From Desulfatiglandales bacterium (GTDB taxonomy: Bacteria > Desulfobacterota > DSM-4660 > Desulfatiglandales > HGW-15): a DNA stretch of 64,000 bases. The DNA is taken from positions 800,001 to 864,000 of the forward strand of contig CAXXJJ010000004.1 of NCBI GenBank assembly GCA_963667015.2, written 5' to 3'. The notes below the pieces were generated by a model. It saw nothing but the letters and a program-made list of their open reading frames with translations. It ran no database searches and was not told the DNA's origin. Positions 49,710-59,476 of the stretch are shown in pieces. Within the stretch, counting starts at the first letter, position 1. The number at the start of each line of letters is the position of its first letter. The position numbers and the translations under genes were made by a program.

Positions 49710-50363
49710 TTAATTTGTTAAAGATTTAAACTTTTCAATCGCCCGGAACATAGTATCCGTGAAAGGTTCGTTGTTTTCAGTTTGGGCAAGTATATAATCC
49801 CAACTACTGTGATCATTTTTGTAGCCATAGCTCATTACAAAATCGAATCTTTCAGGAAGTACCCTTATAGATACCCTGTAAGCAAACCTTGCCCTAGGGT
49901 GACAATTATTTAAAGATATATTTAATTTCCTGTCCTGCTCATTAAGGAGTTTTTCTAATGTGTCCTGCAAGTCTTTTTCTGAATATTCTGGATGGTCAAA
50001 AGGGATATAATGTTTAAAATATATCCACTTGCTTTCATTAATGCCGATACCGTTGTCTTTTTTCCATGCCGTAGTTAATGAGTTCCAAGAATCATCATAG
50101 AGCAGTGCATAATGGAATCTTTTTCGAAGGTGATCAATGCTATATATTCGATCAACCCACATATCATGATTTAAACATGTTGGTCGGCAATCCAATAAAT
50201 CCCAAATTCCGGAATGTCCATATTTATTATGATTTTCTCCTGTCCTTACAAACCATTGAAAGACATGAAAAGCTTGCTCAACTGTATATGGATATGGAAA
50301 GCCACAACATCCAGGTCGTAGAAAATCAATAAAATTTATTTTTGCTTTTGTTTGTAAATTACT
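49710..50363 (-). CDS. Hypothetical protein
   Basis: Long ORF following the DUF5131 gene; start approximate. Confidence 0.6.
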   Translation of the reverse strand, partial: SNLQTKAKINFIDFLRPGCCGFPYPYTVEQAFHVFQWFVRTGENHNKYGHSGIWDLLDCRPTCLNHDMWVDRIYSIDHLRKRFHYALLYDDSWNSLTTAWKKDNGIGINESKWIYFKHYIPFDHPEYSEKDLQDTLEKLLNEQDRKLNISLNNCHPRARFAYRVSIRVLPERFDFVMSYGYKNDHSSWDYILAQTENNEPFTDTMFRAIEKFKSLTN

Positions 50364-51238
50364 CATTTTCTCTCCGGCCATTGATCCCAGACCTTCCCGT
50401 CAAGCTCCGGCATAGAAAAAACTCTGTCTGTTAGATATCTATCTCCGGTCCCCGTTTTACATTCCTTCCCTGCCATCTGCTTCAGGAAGAAGGGGACGCC
50501 GGCTGCGGTGCACTGTTCTTTTAAAAACCTAACCCAATCAGTCTTAGTTTCACGCCTTTTACTGCCTGATTCACAGCCGCAGATTACCCAATTAATAAGG
50601 CTTGCAACATCGTATTCAATGGGACCTGATTCTCCGCCTCCGCCGCACGGACCGCCATATAAAATATCTGCTTTAAATAAATCAATTTCATCAAGCATTG
50701 GTTCAATACTTAAAAATTTAACAGAAGCAGGAATCTGTTTCAGCTCTTCCCATCTCTGTTCAAGTTGCTCCTGGTTCTCTGCTGTAACACCCATCCATGC
50801 CATATGCTGAAACCAGGCTACGACTTGAGGACATTGATATTTGCCCCATTCCCTCCATTTAAGTATGTTCTCAGGACGTTTTGTTAGAAATACCCATGTG
50901 TGTTTATGCTGTTTTCTATTAGCGGATATACAGGATTCAATGACTTTAGATATCCATTCAGGCTTTACATCATTATGGAAAAGGTCACCCATGAACTGCA
51001 CACCGATAACAGCAGGCCTTTTTCTATGAAGAGGGTCATTAAGCCGGGATGTTACTAAAACAGGTCCGCTATCTCCCGCGTATGCTGCCCTGACATCCAT
51101 AGGGAGTTTTTTATTTTCCTTTAATCTGTCTGCTGTCCTCAGATGCCAGCAATTATCACAGGAAGGTGAAACTTTAGTGCAGCGCATAGCTATTGGGTTC
51201 CATGTAAAATCAAGGTATTCAATTCCAGTTTTATTCAT
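50363..51238 (-). CDS. DUF5131 (phage Gp37/Gp68) family protein
   Basis: TGIEYLDFTWNP..CTKVSPSCDNC, MGDLFH, LTKRP, FLSIEPML, WVICGCESG, PFFLKQ. Confidence 0.92.
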   Translation of the reverse strand: MNKTGIEYLDFTWNPIAMRCTKVSPSCDNCWHLRTADRLKENKKLPMDVRAAYAGDSGPVLVTSRLNDPLHRKRPAVIGVQFMGDLFHNDVKPEWISKVIESCISANRKQHKHTWVFLTKRPENILKWREWGKYQCPQVVAWFQHMAWMGVTAENQEQLEQRWEELKQIPASVKFLSIEPMLDEIDLFKADILYGGPCGGGGESGPIEYDVASLINWVICGCESGSKRRETKTDWVRFLKEQCTAAGVPFFLKQMAGKECKTGTGDRYLTDRVFSMPELDGKVWDQWPERK

Positions 51239-51259
51239 CGTTTAATTCCTTATATAATA

Positions 51260-51841
51260 TTAAAGAGAGCCATCACCATATTCTTGACGATAGCCGCATT
51301 TAGGACATATTGTTATTCCGTGAAACCAATGGTCTGTCCCTTCACCAGGAATGTAGGAAGAACCCGAATCCTTAAGAATAAAATAATCTTCGTTTTCCGG
51401 TTCTCCATTAGATAATTCGACAGGTGCACACCCTTTTGCGGCACAATGATAGCACTCTCTGTAATAATAACCTGTGGTTGTTTCACCTATCCATTTTAGG
51501 AATTTTGATATGAAAGTATGCTTTTTAAGGCGGTGTTCTCCCCAAACTGCAAACGGTCTCCATCCGTCCCATTCAAGCCATTTGCAAAATTTATAGACGG
51601 TTTTATAAAGTATCCACCAATGAGGATTGGGCCATATCCATTTATTATTCCAATCCTTTTCAGGTTTCCATCTTAGGCCTGTAGAAGCCCAGCCCATTTT
51701 ATTAAATACCCATCTCCGAGGACGGATAAAAAGCCAGCCATAAAAATATCTTATTGGTTTTGTTGTTGGGTACATTATTATTTCACCATACATTCTTTTC
51801 CAGGAACTGCCGGCAATCCTCATATCCTTCCTCGAAACCAT
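51260..51841 (-). CDS. Hypothetical protein with C-terminal zinc ribbon
   Basis: CYHC..CPKC; true start probably downstream of the listed one. Confidence 0.6.
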   Translation of the reverse strand: MVSRKDMRIAGSSWKRMYGEIIMYPTTKPIRYFYGWLFIRPRRWVFNKMGWASTGLRWKPEKDWNNKWIWPNPHWWILYKTVYKFCKWLEWDGWRPFAVWGEHRLKKHTFISKFLKWIGETTTGYYYRECYHCAAKGCAPVELSNGEPENEDYFILKDSGSSYIPGEGTDHWFHGITICPKCGYRQEYGDGSL

Positions 51842-52106
51842 CCCCTATTCTTCTTTTCAGGCAAAGCTTTAAATACCCGGGCAAAAGTTCCCAACAGCGA
51901 TAACAGAACGCTCTCTTTTCATCCTTATATTTACCACACGCACATGATGGAGATTTTAAGACCTTGATATAATAGGTCCTTGATCTTGTACGTCCGTCAG
52001 CTTTAACAATGGCATTTTCGCATTGTTGAGGATGCTGATTTTTCATGCAGGAATTATCTTCCTGATGGTAGGTACATTCTTTGTTATAGCATTTACCTTT
52101 AGACAT
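51783..52106 (-). CDS. Cys-rich hypothetical protein
   Basis: CACG..FCYRC. Confidence 0.65.
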   Translation of the reverse strand: MSKGKCYNKECTYHQEDNSCMKNQHPQQCENAIVKADGRTRSRTYYIKVLKSPSCACGKYKDEKRAFCYRCWELLPGYLKLCLKRRIGDGFEEGYEDCRQFLEKNVW

Positions 52107-52584
52107 TTCCTTTCAGCTCCTTTTCCAGAAGTTCGATCTCGTATCGTATATGATCGTTTGTTTTCATTTTGCTTTTAATCTGATCGATGCAATAAATTAT
52201 ACTGGTATGATTTTTTCTATTTATTGATTTTGCAATAGCTACAAGGGTTGAGTTTGAATATTTTGAACAAAGATAGCAGTAGACCTGACGGGGATATGCA
52301 TATATTTTCTTTTTCGATTTCCTCTTCAGCATGTATGGATCAACTTTATATCTGATACAGATCAGGCGCATTATCCCGCTTAATGATTCATCAATGATAT
52401 GATCAGGTCTCATCTTTTCCCTGGCTGCCTGAAGCTCTCTTATGATCAATGTCATATCATTATAATTTACCTTCGCATATGCGCCTGTAGTACGATGGTC
52501 CCTTAAGATGACATGGGCAAAATTTTTTTCAATATCATCGATCAATAAAACTCCACTATATAGATTTAGGCATATATCAGGCAT
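52099..52584 (-). CDS. Protein with DnaA C-terminal HTH domain
   Basis: AYPRQVYCYL..TLVAIAKSINRKNHTSIIY. Confidence 0.8.
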   Translation of the reverse strand: MPDICLNLYSGVLLIDDIEKNFAHVILRDHRTTGAYAKVNYNDMTLIIRELQAAREKMRPDHIIDESLSGIMRLICIRYKVDPYMLKRKSKKKIYAYPRQVYCYLCSKYSNSTLVAIAKSINRKNHTSIIYCIDQIKSKMKTNDHIRYEIELLEKELKGNV

Positions 52585-52886
52585 TAAGTATTCTCCTGAT
52601 CATTGCATTGTTCATCACCGCATCTTTTATGCCAGGTAATACCGTCTTCATCATGCCAGTAAGGTTCGTCTTCAAAGATAGGGTTTCCGCATGACTCGCA
52701 AAGTCCTATTATTTCATAGTCTCCTATGGCATTGACACAAAGCCCTCCAATATCACCATATTTTTCCATTATTTTATTATATGCATCGATTCTGTTATTA
52801 GCTTTCATGACCTCGATGACTTTTATGTCTGCGTTTACGATAAATTCAAAAGGCATTATTATTTTCCTTTCGGTCCGATCATCCAC
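52584..52886 (-). CDS. Hypothetical protein (zinc finger)
   Basis: CESC..HKRC. Confidence 0.6.
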   Translation of the reverse strand: MDDRTERKIIMPFEFIVNADIKVIEVMKANNRIDAYNKIMEKYGDIGGLCVNAIGDYEIIGLCESCGNPIFEDEPYWHDEDGITWHKRCGDEQCNDQENT

Positions 52887-53221
52887 CAGGGAGGCAAATC
52901 ATATTCCTGGTCCTGTTTTTTCCACATATGAAGAACATTAGGATTGAAATTTATATACTCTGATTCTTTGGGATGAAATTGAATTACGGTTTCGTCCTTT
53001 CCCCAGAACAACTGTTTAATAAAACACATCTCTTTCCAGTTTGGGCATCTATTCGGTAATGATACTGAAACGTGATCCCATCCAGCTTCATTACTTATTA
53101 TTACCCTTAAGGTGAAAGACTCGTACGGGATTTCAAACATACCGTTACAACCGAAAGATGGATCTGATCTGTATGGTCCGGTTTTAATCCTCAGTTCTTC
53201 TATGTTGGGTGGGACTCTCAT
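52859..53221 (-). CDS. Conserved phage protein
   Basis: GWDHVSVS..RCPNWKEMCFIKQLFW..QFHP..YIN..LHMW. Confidence 0.8.
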   Translation of the reverse strand: MRVPPNIEELRIKTGPYRSDPSFGCNGMFEIPYESFTLRVIISNEAGWDHVSVSLPNRCPNWKEMCFIKQLFWGKDETVIQFHPKESEYINFNPNVLHMWKKQDQEYDLPPWWMIGPKGK

Positions 53222-53628
53222 TTCTCTTTTACCTTCTTAATAATACCTGTTGAAAAACAGCCATACTCACCACAAACCATGTCTCCTGAAGGTGATTTTT
53301 CAAAGCTGGTTATCTCAAACAGTAGACCGTCACACGACACAGTATCCCCGATTATTATTCCATTCCCCATCATGTCTTTGACTAATTCAACTCCCCTTAG
53401 TATTCTGTTGAAGTTCTCGCACATATAATTAATCTCATGATCTTCATGCAGGAGTGGATTAATAAAATCATGATGCTGAAATAAACGATGATAGTCTTTA
53501 AATACACCATCAATCTTTGCCACGATTTCTATTTCAAGTCCTTCAGCTCTTAAAATTGCGGATACATGACATTTCACTTTAATCTTTTCGTGTATTGATT
53601 TTAATAGTTCGTATGTTTCTGCTATCAT
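53218..53628 (-). CDS. Hypothetical protein
   Basis: Operonic ORF. Confidence 0.6.
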   Translation of the reverse strand: MIAETYELLKSIHEKIKVKCHVSAILRAEGLEIEIVAKIDGVFKDYHRLFQHHDFINPLLHEDHEINYMCENFNRILRGVELVKDMMGNGIIIGDTVSCDGLLFEITSFEKSPSGDMVCGEYGCFSTGIIKKVKEK

Positions 53629-53637
53629 TTTCTATGA

Positions 53638-54057
53638 TTATTCCTTGAACGATAAATGTTGATATGCTTCTTCAGGCACATAAAATATGCCCTGACTGCC
53701 CTTAAATCGTGGCTTTCTCTCAAACTCTCTTTTATCTGTCATAGGGTATCCAAAAGGACCTGAAAACCAGATTGAATCACTCTCTGTCAGGACACCGGTT
53801 ATATTTACAATTCCTTCCAGCCTGCCGAATGTGTGCTGATCAATGGGAGGTACCGGAAGTTTTAATACGTTCTTTATGAAAAGATATCCTTCCCTGTCCC
53901 AACTCTTTGAAGACTGGATAATCGTATCCCCCAGGATAACTGATTCCCTGTATTTGATTTTTCTGTTCTCGATATCCTTATCAAGATCCGGATGAAAGAT
54001 GGCATATGGCCATGGGGGTTTTACTGAAAGTGCTTTCAATATTCTTCCTCCGTACAA
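53638..54057 (-). CDS. ASCH domain protein
   Basis: KALSVKPPW..KDIENR..WFSGPFG..KGSQGIF. Confidence 0.8.
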   Translation of the reverse strand: MYGGRILKALSVKPPWPYAIFHPDLDKDIENRKIKYRESVILGDTIIQSSKSWDREGYLFIKNVLKLPVPPIDQHTFGRLEGIVNITGVLTESDSIWFSGPFGYPMTDKREFERKPRFKGSQGIFYVPEEAYQHLSFKE

Positions 54058-54389
54058 TTATCCCAGTCGTCTTCCCAGTCATTTTGATAGTCATAAAACC
54101 TGAAATCAGCCAGTTTTTTGACTTTTGCTTTTTGTTCAGGCGTCCATTCGGACATCGGATAATTTTCTTTTATGATTTTGACTTCTTTTTCGAGTGCCTG
54201 GTATCTGCCGTATTGATAAGGTATTCTGTTTTGGGCGACCTTATATTGATCAACAGCTTTATCAACTAACCTTTGGGCAGCTTTCCTTAAGTCATCAACC
54301 TGTTCAATGGAGAGGTCTTCATCCGTCCCGAGACAGACTTCAAAATGACAATAATTATATGAGTTCATTACTTTTACTGATGCTTTCAT
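54036..54389 (-). CDS. Hypothetical protein
   Basis: Operonic ORF. Confidence 0.65.
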   Translation of the reverse strand: MKASVKVMNSYNYCHFEVCLGTDEDLSIEQVDDLRKAAQRLVDKAVDQYKVAQNRIPYQYGRYQALEKEVKIIKENYPMSEWTPEQKAKVKKLADFRFYDYQNDWEDDWDNCTEEEY

Positions 54390-55799
54390 TTAAAATAATC
54401 TCCTTTGCTTTGTCTCTTCTTCAATGCGTTCCTTACCTATACTGCAATCCATATCAATACCTATCCATTTTCTGCCAAGCTTCTCGGACACAAAACATGT
54501 CGTTCCGGATCCGGCGAACGGATCAAGTACAGTTCCTCCCCTGGGGCATCCGGCTAAGATGCAGGGTTCTATTAATTTAGGGGGATATGTTGCATAATGG
54601 GCTCCGGAAAATCCGGTTGAGTTGACTACCAGGGCAAGCGGATTTCCCTCCTCATCGGAGAAAAGCCCTTGGAAAGAATCGAAGAACCAGTCTGAATTTC
54701 TACGTGCCCGGGTATCGACTATATCTTTTAAGGCGGCTTGAAATGAATCATTTGCCTTAATCCCGGACCCTGCAGGCTGACTTTTTGGTGTAACACCTGG
54801 TTCTTTTATTCTTCCCCTGTCTTGACGATTATCATTTGGGTCAAGTTCAGATTGCCTACCCCATCCGACGCCGGTACCCTGATACCGTCCTTTTGGAATA
54901 GAATCATGTGAGCCCGGGCCCGACTGCCAGCCAACGGGTTTTCTAATATGATCAAAAGATTTTGATATTGTCTGATTACCCGGGCCCCCATCTGCATATT
55001 TATGGCTATTACTGCGCCCTCTGGCATACCGGGCATGAGTATCAAGGGAAGCGGGAAGTTTAACGGCTTCATGATCATAAAAATATTTTCGAGACTTTGA
55101 TAAAAGGAAGAAATATTCAATTGCTGTTGTTGGCCTATCTTTACAGCTTTCAGGCATGCAATTTCTTTTGATCCATGGTATTTTTGATCGGATAAACCAA
55201 CCATTTTCCTGCAGGGCTATTATCAATCGTTCTGGTATAAGTCCAAGATCTTTTGATTTAAGACCGGGGATTTTTTTTCTGTTTGGATTATCAATTTTAT
55301 CTCTACCACCTCTATATTTCGGGTCTCCAAAATCACTTTTAGGATTTGATATATAGCTATCACCAATATTCACCCAACAGGTACCGTCTTTACGAAGAAC
55401 CCGCCGAACCTCCCGGAAGATATCAACCTGGTGTTTTATGAATAACTGCGGAGTGGGCTCTAAGCCAAGACATCCTCTCCATGCTCCGCATTTTTGGCAG
55501 AATTGACCTGTTGAAGATTCACTAATATTTTCATGTTGTTCTATCTGCTTTGAGCCGTTCTGTTGTGATGATTTACCGTGTTTATGTCCACCGCCTCCCA
55601 ATTTACCGGAATCACTCCATACATGGTCACAATCACCCGGATCATCCCAGACAACCGGATCAAGGCCATAATCTCTCAATCCCCAGTACGGGGGAGAGGT
55701 AACAACACAATGTATCGATTCTGATTCCATCTGTTTTAAGACCTTGAGTATATGACCTTCATAAAGTTTCCCTTTGTCCGTCTCAAAATAAGGCTTCAA
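54390..55799 (-). CDS. DNA methyltransferase, N4-C/N6-A beta class
   Basis: VTSPPYWGLRDY, HYATYPPKL, VLDPFAGSGTT. Confidence 0.93.
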   Translation of the reverse strand: MKPYFETDKGKLYEGHILKVLKQMESESIHCVVTSPPYWGLRDYGLDPVVWDDPGDCDHVWSDSGKLGGGGHKHGKSSQQNGSKQIEQHENISESSTGQFCQKCGAWRGCLGLEPTPQLFIKHQVDIFREVRRVLRKDGTCWVNIGDSYISNPKSDFGDPKYRGGRDKIDNPNRKKIPGLKSKDLGLIPERLIIALQENGWFIRSKIPWIKRNCMPESCKDRPTTAIEYFFLLSKSRKYFYDHEAVKLPASLDTHARYARGRSNSHKYADGGPGNQTISKSFDHIRKPVGWQSGPGSHDSIPKGRYQGTGVGWGRQSELDPNDNRQDRGRIKEPGVTPKSQPAGSGIKANDSFQAALKDIVDTRARRNSDWFFDSFQGLFSDEEGNPLALVVNSTGFSGAHYATYPPKLIEPCILAGCPRGGTVLDPFAGSGTTCFVSEKLGRKWIGIDMDCSIGKERIEEETKQRRLF

Positions 55800-56543
55800 T
55801 TAAGCTGCTTCCTTCGCACCTGCTCTCATTTCATGATGTAAACTATCGAGAGTAAGATCAAAGATATTACCCAACGCCTGACAGTCCTTGCATCCTTCAC
55901 GTCCTTCAGGAGGATGTGGCATATCATAAAGCCTGCGGACTTCCTCAAGATAATTACCGATCATTTTATGATCCTGAACGATAGGTACAATATCCGGAAG
56001 AAATTTCATGCTGAAACCATCGGATAAAGATCTTCTCTTTGCGTCCGCTTCATCAGTCTGTGGTTCAAAATATGTGAGATAGAGATCGGATACAGGATAA
56101 AACTGTTTTGTTCCTTCAGCGATTGCCTTATATGCGTTCAGCTGCACTTCATACATAGGAAGGAGTTCATCTTGATTCTTCGAGTGCTTTGCGGTCTTAT
56201 TATCATTTATGATGAAGGAATTATCCGTCATCTCAAAAATGTTATCCGCTTCCCCTGAAAGGATAATGTTAAGGTCCGAGTACAGGAGTTGAAACTTCCT
56301 CCAGTTCGGAGGCTGGTGATACCTTTTAATGCTGCCGAGTTTTGCAAGATATGTTTTGTCCTGCAAACCCTGTTCGATCAGGGCGTGAATGCACCTTTTG
56401 GTGTACGCATCGATTGAATTGAAAATGCCCGGGAATATCTGCCAGGGAATTTTTGAATGAAGTTTTATATAAAAGCATCGAGGACAAAAGTCCTTTAATG
56501 CCATTGCTCCCAAGTTTTTACCGCTTATTCGTATTTGTTCCAT
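55800..56543 (-). CDS. PD-(D/E)XK nuclease (Cas4/AddB-like, four Cys)
   Basis: FCPRCFY, GEAD, INDNKT, QLNAY, GCKDC. Confidence 0.8.
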   Translation of the reverse strand: MEQIRISGKNLGAMALKDFCPRCFYIKLHSKIPWQIFPGIFNSIDAYTKRCIHALIEQGLQDKTYLAKLGSIKRYHQPPNWRKFQLLYSDLNIILSGEADNIFEMTDNSFIINDNKTAKHSKNQDELLPMYEVQLNAYKAIAEGTKQFYPVSDLYLTYFEPQTDEADAKRRSLSDGFSMKFLPDIVPIVQDHKMIGNYLEEVRRLYDMPHPPEGREGCKDCQALGNIFDLTLDSLHHEMRAGAKEAA

Positions 56544-56872
56544 TATCTTCCCGCTGCCTCCCTTCCATGTTTTATTAATAAATTACCCAGTTCAACAGCC
56601 TGCTTTGGTTCCATACCAAGCCAGTGGACAGGCGAATTGAAATCAATAATAACTTTGCCTTCTTTATTGAATACAGCAAATGCAATTTCACCGTCATCAT
56701 GTTTGGTCAGCTTCCCATCAGGGAATTTCCCTGTAGGTCCAAGTTTTTCTTCAATCTCTTTTTCAAATGAGTTTATTTTCTCGAATACTTCACTATCGGG
56801 ACCTGCCATTTGAAGGGCTTCCTTTAATGAGGCAGTCATTTCCGGATCAAAATCATCTGAATGATGTGACAT
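56543..56872 (-). CDS. Conserved phage hypothetical protein
   Basis: GPTGKFPDGKL..DDGEIAFAV..VIIDF..WLGM. Confidence 0.75.
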   Translation of the reverse strand: MSHHSDDFDPEMTASLKEALQMAGPDSEVFEKINSFEKEIEEKLGPTGKFPDGKLTKHDDGEIAFAVFNKEGKVIIDFNSPVHWLGMEPKQAVELGNLLIKHGREAAGR

Positions 56873-56891
56873 ATTAATTCTCCTTTAGGTT

Positions 56892-57074
56892 GCTCCCCTT
56901 TCGCATAGGCAGGCGGGAGCGTTCCGTGTTTAAGATTTACGTCGGAAAGGATTTTTTATGACAGGCCTCACCGATTTCCACACTAACAGGGAAAGTCAGC
57001 ATCTTTCCCCTCTCGACATTCGATCAGTGATTGGTTTGCTGGGGTTGCCTTGTACCCCCTTGGAGGCGTCGAGA
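56892..57074 (-). ncRNA. Structured intergenic element (candidate ncRNA or cis-regulator)
   Basis: Stems TCTCGAC/GTCGAGA, GGGGT/ACCCC, GGGAAAG/CTTTCCC, GCTCCC/GGGAGC in a 212-bp gap. Confidence 0.4.
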
Positions 57075-57084
57075 TGCTCTGAAA

Positions 57085-57435
57085 TTATGACAAACTATGA
57101 ACAATCTGCCTGAAAATGAAATCCTTAGCTTTCTGTTCTATTGGTAATTCATCAAAAGGAACAAAGCAGGGGTGTTCTTTTTTTTCAGGATCTTTTATCG
57201 GTCCATACTTCCAACCTTCATCACGCTTTTGAATAAGCCATGAGTTATGAGAACTCTCAGGATCTGCATCAGGGTTTTCCATATGGAAGATTACACCATT
57301 AATAGCGCTATCCTTTTGCCATTCAGGTGCATCTTCCCATGATGTTTGACTGTTATCACCTAATGCTTGACAGTAGGCTCTGTTCACTTCATGGGCTATT
57401 TGTGCAATTTCTTCTACGCTTAATTCTGTTTCCAT
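57085..57435 (-). CDS. RyR-domain phage protein
   Basis: IAHEVNRAYC..SHNSW..GWKYGPIKDPEKKEHPCFVPFDELP..KD. Confidence 0.88.
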   Translation of the reverse strand: METELSVEEIAQIAHEVNRAYCQALGDNSQTSWEDAPEWQKDSAINGVIFHMENPDADPESSHNSWLIQKRDEGWKYGPIKDPEKKEHPCFVPFDELPIEQKAKDFIFRQIVHSLS

Positions 57436-57466
57436 TCACATAACTCCTTTAATATTCTATAAATTA

Positions 57467-59116
57467 CTATCCTGGCCATGGCACCGCCTTTGTAGGTACT
57501 CGCCGGCGTCGTGTTCGCGCCTGGCTGATACCTTCATGTCCGTTTCTATGGCCGTTTAACGGGTAAAACTCTTTTACATATTTCAAACATGATTCCAGTT
57601 CTGACAGCTCCATCAGGTTCCGTGCTTTTCTGAAATGTGTTTTTATCTCTGTATTTATCTTTTGGGGTTTATGCCTGTTCTGGAATGCAAAGGTATTCAC
57701 GTGCTTTTCTATCTGTTGTCTTAAATCCTGTTCCTGTTCGCTAATAGTAAGGGGCGGGGCGTAGCCGGTCGGGATCTCTCCGAGTGAAATTTCACGGGCT
57801 CCGGATACAGACCCGTTCAGAAACGTTATTCCTGGTTCTCTTGTCCCTCCATTGATTTTCTTTTTATCCGGCGTTTCTGACTTTTCAGATTCATTTACAA
57901 TGATATTTGTTTGTTCTTTTTTTATCTGTTCAACTACTCGCCTGAAGGGAGGATCATCCATAGCGAATACAAAAGCTGTCTGGTTCTCATACGGTCCGGC
58001 GTCTTTATCAACCCTGACAGCTCTTGCCACTAATTGCTCTATCCAGGCCGATGTTCTTATATGAGTAAGCGCAATAATATGTGTAAGAGGGGGAATATCG
58101 AGCCCTTCGCTGCACATCATGACAAAAATCATAATGTCTGAATTCCCGTAACGATAATCTTTTATTGCCTTGATAGCTTCCTGGTTATCGTCGCTGGTTG
58201 CAATTAAGGCATTAAACCCCCATGATTGAACGGTTTTCTGAAGAGCTTTAGCATGTTTAATATTAGCGGCCACAATAGCAAGTTTGGATCGAGGATGATC
58301 TTTTTTATAATTCAACCAATGATCAAGCCCGTTTTTCATAATATGATTTCCGAATTCAGTATTTAAAGCTGTCTGTATTGCATCGCCTGAATTTTTATAA
58401 GCTTTGGATAACTTTGTTTTAAACTCCTTTCCTTGTTTTTCCCATTCAACATCCCCATCAAACAAAGTGAATTTAATAGGAAGTATGGCCTTTTCTTTTA
58501 ACGCATCACTCCGGGAATAAGTGATAATTATAGTGTCTTCGCATGGGGAGAGGTCAAGGCATGTATTGTTACCTTTTTGAATATAATCAAAAAAAGCAAT
58601 CTTGTTTTCATCACCACGATTCAAGGTACCTGAAAGCAATATCAGAAACTTGCATCGTTCAACCAATGGTGCTATTGCTTTATGCCACGATCCTTCATCC
58701 TCTACGTGATGAGGTTCATCGAGAATAAGGATATATTTTCTCTGTTCAAATTCTCTGGCATTTATATATTTTGAATCCTGGGCCAAGGCTTGGTAAGTAG
58801 TGGTATAGCCGGTCTGCCCTCTTCTTGGATTATATTCATTGGTTGCAGACCTTATGATCATATTATGTTTTAATGCTTCCCGGAAATATGGGTCCATGCT
58901 TCCAGCTTCAGCCTGGTAAGCAAGTGTCAATCTGGGGACTATCCAGCATAGGGCATTAGCATAACGATTTACTATTAAGGGCCATGATAGAAGAGAAAAT
59001 AAACTTTTACCTCCTCCTGGTGTGATGTGACCAATGACCTTTGTAATAGGTTCACCAGAAAGAATTCTGTTAACTATGTCTACATATTCAGATTGATGTT
59101 TCCGCAAGCTGATCAT
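57467..59116 (-). CDS. SF2 (DEAD/DEAH-like) helicase
   Basis: LRKHQ, PGGGKS, ILDEPHH, LSGT, EGLDIP, EQLVARAVR. Confidence 0.9.
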   Translation of the reverse strand: MISLRKHQSEYVDIVNRILSGEPITKVIGHITPGGGKSLFSLLSWPLIVNRYANALCWIVPRLTLAYQAEAGSMDPYFREALKHNMIIRSATNEYNPRRGQTGYTTTYQALAQDSKYINAREFEQRKYILILDEPHHVEDEGSWHKAIAPLVERCKFLILLSGTLNRGDENKIAFFDYIQKGNNTCLDLSPCEDTIIITYSRSDALKEKAILPIKFTLFDGDVEWEKQGKEFKTKLSKAYKNSGDAIQTALNTEFGNHIMKNGLDHWLNYKKDHPRSKLAIVAANIKHAKALQKTVQSWGFNALIATSDDNQEAIKAIKDYRYGNSDIMIFVMMCSEGLDIPPLTHIIALTHIRTSAWIEQLVARAVRVDKDAGPYENQTAFVFAMDDPPFRRVVEQIKKEQTNIIVNESEKSETPDKKKINGGTREPGITFLNGSVSGAREISLGEIPTGYAPPLTISEQEQDLRQQIEKHVNTFAFQNRHKPQKINTEIKTHFRKARNLMELSELESCLKYVKEFYPLNGHRNGHEGISQARTRRRRVPTKAVPWPG

Positions 59117-59119
59117 CTA

Positions 59120-59476
59120 TTAGATTTTCCTACGTTGAGCTTTCAAAAAACTGCTTTGCTCAAACACAGACAGTTCTTTCAATGCCTGCTTTGCCAACTG
59201 CATAAGAGTTTGTGTGTTTCCCTTCTCTGCATCATGTTTAGCGAGTTCCTTTAATCGGAGTTTCCCGGCTACCAGGCAGGCCAGTTCTGATCGGTAACTA
59301 TGCCATTTGAGGCTTGCTCCATGGCCGTTACCGTGATCTTTCACTTGGTAATTAAGCCCGTAACAGTACAAGCCGTCTTTTTCTGCAATGGAGATCTCCA
59401 TGAAAATACCCTTTTTCGTTACAGAGAAGGCAACTGGGGCATTAATAAAAACTCCATATTCGTTAGGCTCTGCCAT
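59120..59476 (-). CDS. Hypothetical protein
   Basis: Operonic ORF. Confidence 0.65.
   Translation of the reverse strand: MAEPNEYGVFINAPVAFSVTKKGIFMEISIAEKDGLYCYGLNYQVKDHGNGHGASLKWHSYRSELACLVAGKLRLKELAKHDAEKGNTQTLMQLAKQALKELSVFEQSSFLKAQRRKI

Noticed and set aside
55800..56543. Cas4 as part of a CRISPR system
   Set aside because: Solo PD-(D/E)XK nuclease in a phage early operon; no array or other cas genes
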